From Blastocladiella emersonii ATCC 22665 (Eukaryota; Fungi; Blastocladiomycota), in contig JANHCV010000001.1 in the NCBI GenBank assembly GCA_025594325.1, positions 434,001-498,000 on the forward strand: a stretch of DNA of 64,000 nucleotides. Direction: 5' to 3'. Positions 48,257-59,076 of the stretch are shown piece after piece (within the stretch, counting starts at the first letter, position 1; each line of letters opens with the position of its first letter). Position numbers and translations under genes: made by a program. The notes beneath the pieces were generated by a model that saw only the letters and a program-made list of their open reading frames with translations, did no database searches and was not told the DNA's origin.

Positions 48257-51200
48257 ATCCCACCCGCGTTACCCGCTGCTGCGGCGGCCGCGGCGGCGGC
48301 GGCAGCCGCGCGCTGCTGGGCGAGGAACTGTTCCTGGGTGAGCATCTGTGGCTGCTGCTGCTGCTGCTGCTGGACGGGCGGGGTGCCGGCCATGGCGCTG
48401 CCGCCGTGGACGATGGGCGACATGTTGGCGGCGCCGATCGGGCCGCCGAGCCCTACGGGCGTGCGGTTCGCGGCGACGGCCGCGGAAGCTGCTGCAGCTG
48501 CGGCGGCGGCGAGGGCAGGATCCGCCGCGTTGCCGACGGGCGGGGTGCCGAACGCGGGCGACGACGACATGGCCTGGACGGCGTTGGGCTGCATCGGGAA
48601 CCCGGCGCCGCCGTTCGGGAGCTGCTGCTGCTGCGGCTGGCCCGGCTGCGGGTTCTGCATGGGCGACTGGCCGAACTGACCGGCCTGCTGCTGCTGCGGG
48701 AACCCGAGCTGTCCGGGCACGCCGGGCACGCCGCCCTGCATCGGCTGCTGCTGCGGCTGCTGGGGCAGCGGCTGCTGGTTTGGCGGGAGCGCCCGCTGCT
48801 GCTGCTGTTGTTGCTGGAGCTGCTGCTGGCGGGCAGCCTGCTGCTGGGCCTGCGCGGCCTGCTGCATGTTGATAGCCTGCATGTGCGCGAGCTGGTGGGC
48901 CTGGGACGCGCGGAGCTGGGCCTCGCGGCGGACCTTCTCCTCGAGCTCCCATTTCGCGTGGCTGATTTCGAGCGGTGTCGGGATGCGCGCGTCGGGCGGG
49001 AGCGGGTCGGTGAGGGACCCGGCGGCGGACCCGGCGGCGGCCGCCGCGGCCTCGGCGTTCTGCTGGTCCTGGACGAGTTTCGACTGCTCGCGGCGTTTCA
49101 CGGCGCGGTTGATGTTGTCGAGGAACCCGAGGTGCCGCAGCTTGCGCTTCTTGGTGCCCTCCTTCATGATGCGCTGCTGCGTCGCGAGGTCGGGCGCGCG
49201 CGACAGCGGGGCGGCTACGGCGGCGACGGGACCGGCGGACGGTGGTGCTGCGCTGGCCGCGGTCGCGGGCGGCGGCGCCGGATAGCCGGGAAGCACGGCG
49301 GTCGCGGGCGTCGCGGTCGCCGACGTGGACGCGGATGCCGCGGCGCTGCGACCGCTGGACCGCGTGGTGCGCGTCGTCGCGACCGCATCTGCTGCTGCTG
49401 TCGCTGGTCCCGCCGAGTTGGGCGACACCGCGGAATTCGCACCCGCACCACTACCCGCCGCGTTCGCCGCGTTCGCCGCCGCCGCTGCAGCCGCGGCCGC
49501 GGCCTGGCTATCCTCGGTGAGCCGGATGAACCGCTCGTAGCAGTCGGACGGCGTGCAGCGCGAGGTGCCGCGGCGGTGCTGCGAGTTGATGACGTCGGAC
49601 ACGAGGCGGAAGTTGAAGTGGTACTCGCGGGCGAGCTGGAGGAGCACCTCGTCCTCGTCGGCGTTCCATGGCGGGCCCGCGGCGGCCGCGGCGGCCGAGT
49701 GCGAGATGGACGCGGCGTCGGCGGGCCGGTGCAGGATGTGCGTGCCCGGGTCGCGTTTCCGCGTCAGGAACGGGAGCGAGACCTTGGCCGCAGGCGCGGC
49801 GGCGGTGGGGTCGGTCGCGGATGTCGGTGCCGCGGTAGATGACGAAGGGATCGAGGACGAGGACGGCAGCGGGCCGGCGAGGAACGGGAACGGGCGCGAT
49901 GCGGAGGCGGGGGTCGCCGCGACAGACGAAGCGGCGGACGGGAGCAGGTGCATGCCGTTCGTGGCAATCGAGAGTGGTGGTGGGAATGGCCCGTTGGCGG
50001 CCGAGAACGCGGCGCGGCGCGGGGACACGAGCGCGCCCGGGGCGGACGCGGGCGGTGGCGGTAGCGGCGCGAGCATGCCGGGAAGCGCGAGATCAAGCGG
50101 GCGGAACCCCCACGCGTCGTCGTCGGCCTCGTCGTCGTCCGGGTCGCCGAGCATGCGGCGCGAGACGGGGACGAGGCGGAGAGCCTCGGTCGAGTCGAGG
50201 TAGATGCCGTCGGCGGGGAACATGTAGCCCGGCGCTTCGGGGACGGCGTGAAACATGTGCGAGGCGGCGAACAGGAGCGGCTGCTGCTGCTGCGGTTGTT
50301 GTGGCGGGACACCGTCCACATCCTCGCCGGCGTCGTCGCCGCGGATGATGCGCGACCCGGTGCGGTGGAACTCGCGGATCCACTTGCTGACCTGGGCGCA
50401 GACCATGACCTTGAGTCGGTGCTCCTCGACGAAATCGGTGCGCATCCACACGACCTCCTCGAGGAGGTAGTCCCAGTGGGCCATGGCGCGGGGCGGGAGC
50501 CGCTGCTTGCGGATCTGGCGGAACGACCATTTCCCGTCCTGCTTGAGCTGGTTGACGCGGTTGAAGGTGTTGAGCAGGTTGCCCTCGCGCAGCGCCGTGA
50601 GCCAGTCGGCGGTGGTCACGGACTTGGTCGCGTGCTTGATGGCGCGCGGCACCGGGTTGAGCGACATCTTCACCTCGAGCTTGAGCAGGGCCAGCCTCCG
50701 CTCCTCGGCCGCCTGCGTCGTGCCGGGCGGCAGCGGGTGCGTCACGACAAAGGTATCGGGCTACAAACGCACAATCGCACAGACGTCAGCTCGAGCACGC
50801 ACGCGGTCAGCGATCGCGGCGAAGCAATCGCACCTTGGGCGGCGGGAGCGACCGGATCAGCTGCGCGAGTTGGGCGGGCGAGATGCGCGGGTCGTCGAGG
50901 CCGAGCGAGGATTTGCGGCGGATCGCGTGCTGGTACTCGGGCGGCGGGATCCCGCCGTCGGGAACCGAGCCGTCGGAGCCGGCCCACCGCGCAGCGGCGC
51001 CGCTTGCGGCGGTCGTATTCGCGGCAGCGGGGTCGACGGACGGCGAGGGAGCGGCCGCGTCGTCGAGCTCCGAGTCGGGTTCATTTGCGCAGTCGATTTT
51101 GATGGGGTTCTCGGACACTAGACGCGGATTGTGAGACATTCCGCGCTCTTCTGCGACGGCAAAAGGTCGTACTCTGGAAGAGCGACAATGGAACTGGCGG

Positions 51201-51726
51201 GAACGGGATCAGCGTGTGTTGCTACACGCGAGCAACGAAGCGGACCGCGTCAGGCCCTGGCATCCCACACAATCGCGGCCGAGGATCATCGTGTGAGCGT
51301 ACATGTGTCCTACACATCGAATTCGGACGTCAGTCCACCCCGCTCGCCCACCCCACCCTCAAACGGACCCGACGTACAGGGACACGGGGTGTTTCTGAAA
51401 GAACTCGAGCTTGTCCTGCGAGTCCTCGTGGACATGCTGGTCGAAGAGCGCGCCGGGCGAGTTGTAGGTGTTGAGGAGGCAGTACACCTCGGACAGGAGC
51501 GAGTTGCGGATCCTGCATTCGGCGATCGGTCAACCTCACATCTACCCGATCCCATCGAAGCAAACCGCACTCACAGGACTCGGTCGGGCGCCAGGCCAGG
51601 CGGGTCGCCGGCCGGATGGGCGGCCATGACATGGAGGCCACCAGCAGCGGCAGCAGCCTCGGCGGCGGCGTTCGTTGCAGCAAGAGACGGATGCTGCGGG
51701 GACGGCGCCGTGTCGTCAAGATGCAT
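44671..51726 (-). CDS. EAF1: NuA4 scaffold Eaf1/Vid21 (HSA plus SANT/Myb), multi-exon, with polyQ tail
   Basis: WSFRQ..KQR.P....HWDYLLEEV.WMRTDF.EE (HSA) and PWNADEDEVL..L...Y..NF.LVS....TPSDCYERF (SANT). 5' exons are tentative. Confidence 0.85.
46170..47580 (-). repeat. CAG/CAA-rich polyQ tracts and (CAGGCC)n QA repeat within EAF1
   Basis: Direct tandem triplet and hexamer repeats. Confidence 0.85.
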
Positions 51727-51976
51727 GGAGTCGTGGAGCGTCTCGCGTTCCTAGATATGAGATATTGGAGAGCGCGGGTCCTCTCGCGAAGCCGAGTCGC
51801 GACGAAATGTCACGCCCATCGAACTGCACATGACGTCAGATGATGCCTACAGGTCTCGCTAAGTTCAAAAGTTTCGAAAAACGTCAAAAGCTCGAAATCT
51901 CGCCACTACAGTTGTTGCTTTCTTCCGGCGAAGTACGAACGAGTTTGTATTACGCGGGCAGTTGGGTCCTAGTGCC

Positions 51977-52989
51977 CTAGGTAAACTTGCGCGCGAGAAT
52001 CGCAATGATCACGACGAGCACCGCGACAATCGCGAGGTCGAGCGTCGCGAGCTTGCGCTCGTGCTCGGTCGGTTCGCGAGCGACGGCCACGGGCACCGGT
52101 TCCGCCACCGGCCGTGGTGATGGCGGAGCGCGGGCAGCCACAGGCGACGGCGAAAGTCTCGCAACGGCGGCGGGTGCTGATGCAGGCGATAGAGGTGGCC
52201 GCGTTTCGGCCGCGGCCTCGGGATCGCTCGCGCCGGCCGACGCGGATGAAGCCTTGGCTGCCTCCTCGTCCTTCTTGTACGCGAACGAGAGCTCGTGCAC
52301 CTCGCCGCCGTCGGGGAGCGGGCGGACGGCGCCCGTGATGGGGAGGATCTCGGCGTTGGACTGCCCGCAGTCCTTGCACGTCCACGTCAGCGACCTACCG
52401 AGGTGCGCGTTAGTCGTGTTACGCGTCGTCGAGTGTGGCTCGGAGACCCGTACTCTTTCGCGAGCTTGAGCCGCTCATCCGCGTTCCAGCGGATGCTGCC
52501 GACGGACCCGTCGCTCTCGGTGGCCATGAAGCTGGCGAGGCCGATGAGGATGGTTCGGACTGACGGGGCACAACGTCAGACCAAGACGCGCACACATCGG
52601 CAATCGCAAGGTACGTACTCCCCCACGCAGGCTGCCACGACTCGGAGTGGAACGACGTCATGGACAGGCAAATCCGCTCGCGGGTCTCGAACCGGCCACT
52701 CGGGGTCCAAAAGAAGATCTCGGGCGGTGCGTATGGGTATTGGGAGGGCAGGACCAGGATCCCGTGGTACAGGCCGTCGGCGAAGGGCGTGTCTGCTGGA
52801 CCACTGTCTCAGACTGTGTCAGGATATCCCAACCTCAGCAGACCCGCATTGCACGTACCGGATGGTAAAGTGCAGCTCAAAGATGTTCTCGCCGGGCAGC
52901 GTGACCTTGTACCGGTCCGAGCCCTCGCGCTCGAGTTCGGCGATTTCGCGCATGATGCGGCGCGCGCCCGGGTTCTTGGTGCTGCTCAT
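51977..52989 (-). CDS. UBC6: Tail-anchored ER ubiquitin-conjugating enzyme (Ubc6/UBE2J1 type), multi-exon
   Basis: RRIMRE, HFTI.GP.DTPF.DGLYHG.L.LP.QYP..PP.I, PSGRFE, ICLSMTSFHSESWQPAWG, C-terminal transmembrane helix. Confidence 0.85.
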
Positions 52990-53215
52990 GGTGTCGGTGC
53001 GTTGCAGGGTCTGCTTCAGTGTTCCATGGAGGTCAAGGTTCTGAGAGGAAGGGCGAGCGATGGGCGACGCCGACCCGATGGGTCCTGCGCCACGTCGAGC
53101 CGACTGACGAACGACGCGTTGACGTGGCGCGCCTCACCCACGCTCAGCCCAAAGCTCGAACAGAAACAGAACCGCTTCGTATATTCCCAACCTAAGCGCG
53201 ATTACACGCGCTCAT

Positions 53216-54022
53216 TCAAAGCGACGCGCGCACGAGCGCGCCACCGTCGACGGGGATAACGGCGCCGGAGACGTACGCGCCGGCCTTGGACGCGAGGTAG
53301 ATGCAGACGCCGGCCATGTCGGCGGGGTGCCCGATGCGGCCGAGCGGGATCCCGGCGACGATCGCGTCGTGGAACTTGTCGAGGGTGGCCTTCATCATCT
53401 TGGACTCGAACGGGCCGGGGGCGACGGCGTTGACGGTGACGGGCCCGCGGGTCGGGAACTGCCCCGCCATGACGCGCGTGAGGTGGTGCAGCGCGGCCTT
53501 GGACGCCGAGTACGCGTAGGTCTCGAGGTTCGGGACGCGGATCCCGTCGACGGACCCGATGTTGATGACGCGCGCCGGGTCGGCGTCGGTGCCGGCCTTG
53601 AGGAGCAGCGGCAGGCACGCCTGCGTCAGGGTGAAGACGCGGCGGACGTTGAGCGTCATGACCTTCTCGAAGGCGGCGTCGGGGTACTCCTCGACGGGCG
53701 CGCCCCAGTTGGCGCCGGCGTTGTTCACGAGCACGTCGAGCTTGCCCTCGCGCGCCTCGATCTCGGCGACGAGCCGCTTGATGTCGTCGAGCGATTGCAG
53801 GTCGCCCGTGATGGCGTGGCAGGACCCGGGCCCGCGCTTGGTCAGCTCGGCGGCCACGGCCTCGTTCACCTTGGCGGACCGCGCCGTCACGTACACGGTG
53901 GCACCGTTCTGCACGAACCCGGCCGAGATCATGAGCCCGATGCCGCGCGACCCGCCCGTCACGAGGACCACCTTGCCCTTGACGTCGAAGAGGGTTGAGT
54001 TGGCGAGCGAGTCGGATGACAT
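53216..54022 (-). CDS. Classical short-chain dehydrogenase/reductase, intronless
   Basis: TGGSRGIG, NNAG, YSASK, VNAVAPG. Likely start MSSDS at 54022. Confidence 0.92.
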   Translation of the reverse strand: MSSDSLANSTLFDVKGKVVLVTGGSRGIGLMISAGFVQNGATVYVTARSAKVNEAVAAELTKRGPGSCHAITGDLQSLDDIKRLVAEIEAREGKLDVLVNNAGANWGAPVEEYPDAAFEKVMTLNVRRVFTLTQACLPLLLKAGTDADPARVINIGSVDGIRVPNLETYAYSASKAALHHLTRVMAGQFPTRGPVTVNAVAPGPFESKMMKATLDKFHDAIVAGIPLGRIGHPADMAGVCIYLASKAGAYVSGAVIPVDGGALVRASL

Positions 54023-54252
54023 GGCTTTACGGTGGTTGATGCGTTGCAGAGAGCCGTGGAGGTTGGGAGAGCGGGGACGGGTCGAAGGGGACGCCCGCGA
54101 GTTGGCGTGCAGCGACGCGTTCGGAAAGCTCGGCTCTCGACGTGACCGCGCCGAGCCGGCCGAGCGTTCCGAGAGCGCCTCTCCAAAACTCATGAATTTC
54201 GACTGACACTCTCAAGTCAAGTCAAGGGCGGGACTAGGCAAGGTGGATCATG

Positions 54253-55149
54253 TTATAGCTGTTGCGACTCGGTTGCCTGCGACGCAGATGCCGAGTGGGG
54301 CGGGACGTTCATCGATCGTGGCGACGGGAGCGCGCCGGCCCCGGCCCCACCGCTCTGCTGGGACTGCTGGGACTGCGTCTGCGACGACTGCTGCGACGAG
54401 AACTGCGGTAGCGGCGCGGGTGGTGGTGCAGTTGATGGTCCCGGCGCGCCCGCCGCGCCCGCGTCGACCTCGTCGAGGAACCCGTCGGGGAACACGCTCG
54501 CGAGCTCGGCCGCCATCGCATCCCTGAGCCGCGCCGCGGCGTCCACCTTGCCGTGCGTAAACTGGTTCTCGCCGGCGACGCGCTCCATGACCTCGGACGT
54601 GGCGCGGTGCGGGTTCTCGCCGCGGTCGACGAGCTCGAGGACGCGCGCGGGGATCCAGACCGTCGACAGGGGCGGCGGCGGTTGCTGCGTCGCCCCCGTA
54701 GCGGAATCGCCCGCAGGGTACTGGGCGAGCGCGTCGAGGTCGGCCATGTGCGCCGTGAAGGCCGCGAGGTGCGCGGCGAGCGCGGGGCGCGACTCGTCCT
54801 CGAAGTGCAGCACCTCGCGCGCGACGTCCGTCAGCGACGCGAGCGCCGCCTGGACGACGGCGAGCGCTGGGTCGATGGCGTCCGCGTCGGGGCTGTACGT
54901 CGGTGACTCGGGCGCAGGCGCGGCGTGTGGTGGTGGTGCGGAGGAGAACGAGCCGTTGGGCAGCGCGGCAGACCACGCGGGCGGCGCAGTTCCTTGATGG
55001 TGGGCAGGCGGTGCTTGGGCAGCGAGCGCGGCGGCGACGGAGCCGAGTGGCCGCTGCGACGTCGGTGCCGGGTGCTGCAGCGGCGTCGTGGTCGACGCGA
55101 GCGGATCGCGCAGGAGCCGCGACGCCGTCGGTGCGTGTCGGTCGGCCAT
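54253..55149 (-). CDS. MED10: Mediator subunit Med10/Nut2
   Basis: IPARVLELVDRGENPHRATSEVMERVAGENQFTHGK matches the Med10 core. Confidence 0.8.
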   Translation of the reverse strand: MADRHAPTASRLLRDPLASTTTPLQHPAPTSQRPLGSVAAALAAQAPPAHHQGTAPPAWSAALPNGSFSSAPPPHAAPAPESPTYSPDADAIDPALAVVQAALASLTDVAREVLHFEDESRPALAAHLAAFTAHMADLDALAQYPAGDSATGATQQPPPPLSTVWIPARVLELVDRGENPHRATSEVMERVAGENQFTHGKVDAAARLRDAMAAELASVFPDGFLDEVDAGAAGAPGPSTAPPPAPLPQFSSQQSSQTQSQQSQQSGGAGAGALPSPRSMNVPPHSASASQATESQQL

Positions 55150-55479
55150 GATGTGTGTTACGTTGCGCTACGTCGGGTTGTGTTTCGTTGGGTTGGGGAG
55201 AGAGCGAGAAACGAAGCGAAGCTAGGGCCGAGCTGCAGGCGGTCCGATTTTATCCGAAGGTCGGATATTATTCGCTCACGTGCGCAAGGCCACCACGACG
55301 CGACGCGACGCGCGTCTCGTTCGGCGCGTCGAGCCCAACTGCTTGTCCTACACCTAGCACACGAATCGGATGGAATAGGCTTGCATTTGCACAAGGACTC
55401 GGTGCACCTCCTTACTGCACCGCCAGACCAGACCATCACCTTTCTCCCCGGCACCTTCCACCTTCGACTCGCCGCCACC

Positions 55480-57175
55480 ATGACCATTCCCAAGGTACGG
55501 TGCCTCCCCCTCTGCCGTCACTGCGCCGCGATACGAGCAACTTCTGACCTCGGCCGCCCGTCTATCCCAGCTTACCAATCCGGCCCCGGATCACCTCCGT
55601 CCCGCGCGCCGCGCCCTCATCAACCGGCTCCTCGTGTCCGGCCACCTGCCCAAGGTGCGGACCACGCTCGAGCCCGGCCGCTACCCGACGCCCTTGGCCT
55701 GCAGCACCATCGCCACCGCCGGTCTCTCGCTTCTCTGCGCGAACGGCGCCGAGCTGGCCGCGCCCACCCTTGACTACGCCCAGGCCGCCCACCGGGCTGC
55801 GATGCGGCCCGTCTTCGCTCCCGTGGACCCGCAGCAAGACCCCGAGTTCCCCGAGGTGTTCAAGTCGACCTCGCGCGCCCTGCTCGCCGACACGCAGACC
55901 CCCGTCGACGCGCAGATCCACACGTGCCAGCTTCTTGCACATGGCGCCGCCAAGCATCAGCTCAATGTGCTTCGCGTTTTCGACGACCACAAGGATGCCG
56001 CGCAACGTCAAAAGTCGGGTCTTCCTCCTCGCCCGGCACGCGCGCCGCCCCGCTACGCCGAGTACGCAGGCCGGCTCGAAAAGGAGGCGCTCGCCCTCGG
56101 CCTCGGCTCGGGCCAGCCGAAATGCTACGTCGGCCTCCTTCGGCGTCTCTTCACCATGGCGCCCGGCAACCCCAAGTGGCGGCGCTCCGACGTGCCCATC
56201 CTGCTTGCCCAGATCGAGCTGCTGATCAGCGCCACGCCCGACGCGGAGCTCTCCAAATCCGAGTTGCGCAAGCGCAAGAGCGACCACGTCGAGCTGTACG
56301 GCCTCCGGCTGATCGAAGTGGTGATCTACCTCTTCGAGTACTCCCGCTTCCACCTCGTTCTGCACGCCGCGGGCATCGAGCTCGCTGCCGACAAGTTTGC
56401 CTTCTTGCAGCTGTACATGTCCATGGCGGACGACGAGGTCATGGAGCGGCACGTACTTGCTGCTGCCGATCTGGCTGCTCCGAGTACACTTCCCGACGAG
56501 GCTCGGCTACTCTGCGACGCGCTGCGTTCGTACGGCCTCGACGCCAAGGCGCTGACGGACACGCTCATCGCCGAGGGCATCGACATGGTCGGCCGCCGCG
56601 CGCGGCGCGGCATGGTCCACCTGCTCATCCAGTGCTGTACGCCGCTAGGTGCGCTCACTGGCGGCCCGCGCCCGCGCATCTTAGTCGCGTGGGACCTCGG
56701 CAACGTCGTGCCCGCCACCAAGGAGCAGCTCGCCACGTTCGACAAGGACTCGTTCGAGACGCGGCTCTACGCGCTCGCCTACACGGTCGCGGCTGAGGTA
56801 CGGGCGAGCGTGCCTCTCTCTCTCCACGTCCGCACGCGCTAACCCATGTGTCTGTGGTGGTAGACGCACGAGAAACTCGAGGGCCTCAAATTCATCGAGC
56901 CCGACCTGATCTACATCAACCAGGAGAAGGTCGTCATGGACAAGGTGCTCCTCGAGCTCTCGCACCGCCGCGAGCAGCTCCGCCGGCAGCCCGTGATCCT
57001 CGTGTCGGACAACGACTCGTTCGACCGCATGGAGAAGATGGTTTGCGAAAATGGCGGCTGCTGGGCGTTCTGTGTGCGGTCGACGCTCGCGGCCACCGTG
57101 ATGGGGGCGTGGGCCGAAATGTGTACGGGCGCGCTGGTGGTGGCCGACGGTGAGAAGGAATTACGGTATACATGA
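55480..57175 (+). CDS. Protein with C-terminal NYN (PIN-like) domain; join(55480..55494,55571..56797,56864..57175)
   Basis: Two canonical phase-0 introns join the ORFs. NYN-like motifs: ILVAWDLGN, MDKVLL, VILVSDNDSF. Confidence 0.6.
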
Positions 57176-57572
57176 TGGTTCTGGGTGCATGCACAGACTT
57201 TCTGGTTGCGGCGGTGGCTCATCCGTGGCGCAGCAGCGTCGAGTCGCTACCGCGGCGCACTGAGACGGTCCAACAAGTGGCGATCAAAGAAAGTGTATTA
57301 TCATGCTCGGATCCCTTTCAGCTCATCAGTTCCCGTTCACGAAGCGGTAGCGGCAGCCGCAGCGGTCGGGCTGCGCAGGAACTTGCACCGCGAGTGCGGC
57401 GCGATGCGAACGCCGATCGCGGGTTCGCGGTCGGGGCACAGAGTAGGCGGTCGTGTCGAGGTTCAGCTTCTGCTACAGCTCGAGACCGAGGTGATGCAGC
57501 GCGCCGTCGATGGCGGAAACCCGGCGGAACGTCGCGCTTACCCGTGGCGATGAGCGTACACTGGGCGAGTTA

Positions 57573-58220
<648 letters not shown>

Positions 58221-58418
58221 TCAAGCGAGTGAAGGAAGACAGGAACTCGCAGACAAGCGCGAAGGCCGAGCCGAGGAGATGTCGACGGCCGAGACACGGC
58301 TCACGTGGGCGCGATCGTCGACGTGTCGCTCGCCTCGCCTCAGCGCCGCCCTCTTCCTTCTGAGCTCCCGCAACGCACACTCACGCAACGCAACGAAGCC
58401 AACGGACGAATCAACACC

Positions 58419-59033
58419 ATGCACAGCGTGTGGATGCGCGTGAACGCCGTGTTCGCGGTCGCGACGACGGGCCTGTTCCTCCTGTCGGCGCTGATCGCGG
58501 GCGCGTCGCTGTCGGGCTACCTGACGCCGACCTCCCTCCCCGTCGCGCCCGCCCTGTCCGTGTCGCGCACCGCAGTCCTGCGCCCCGAGACCTACCTGCA
58601 CCAGCGGTGGCAGTCGTACTACCACTCGCCGCGCCACTACGGCCACGTGCACTTCAACCTGACGGCCGACCTCGCCCCGCTGTTCGGGTGGAACGTCAAG
58701 CAGGTCCACGCCATGGTGACGCTCGAGTACGCGTCTCCGGCTTCCGCGTCGTCCGGCGGCCGCACCTTCACCGGCAACAAGATGACCATCTGGGACGCGA
58801 TCGTGACGACGCCCGAGGACGCGCGGCTGGTCCTCGCCAACAAGGAGAACACGTTTGCCGTCACCGACATCCGCCACCGCAGCGACCGCCGCCTCGATGC
58901 CGCCGACGCGACCCTGCGCCTCGAGTGGTGCGTGCACACGCTCGTCGGCGCGATCCGGTGCGCGGCCGCGCCCGATGCGGCAGAAGCCAAGTTCGTGTTT
59001 CCGCGCCTCGGCGAGCCCGCCGTCTCGTTCTGA
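58419..59033 (+). CDS. SPC3: Signal peptidase complex subunit SPC3/SPC22
   Basis: MHSVWMRVNAVFA, FNLTADL.PLF.WNVKQV, N...IWDAIV. Confidence 0.88.
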   Translation: MHSVWMRVNAVFAVATTGLFLLSALIAGASLSGYLTPTSLPVAPALSVSRTAVLRPETYLHQRWQSYYHSPRHYGHVHFNLTADLAPLFGWNVKQVHAMVTLEYASPASASSGGRTFTGNKMTIWDAIVTTPEDARLVLANKENTFAVTDIRHRSDRRLDAADATLRLEWCVHTLVGAIRCAAAPDAAEAKFVFPRLGEPAVSF

Positions 59034-59076
59034 TTCGTTGATATCAGCCAAAATGTATCACCCTCTCCCACCCAGA

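Noticed and set aside
53216-54022. Bacterial origin of the intronless SDR
   Set aside because: Codon usage matches its neighbours and this SDR type is common in fungi; no support without a phylogeny.
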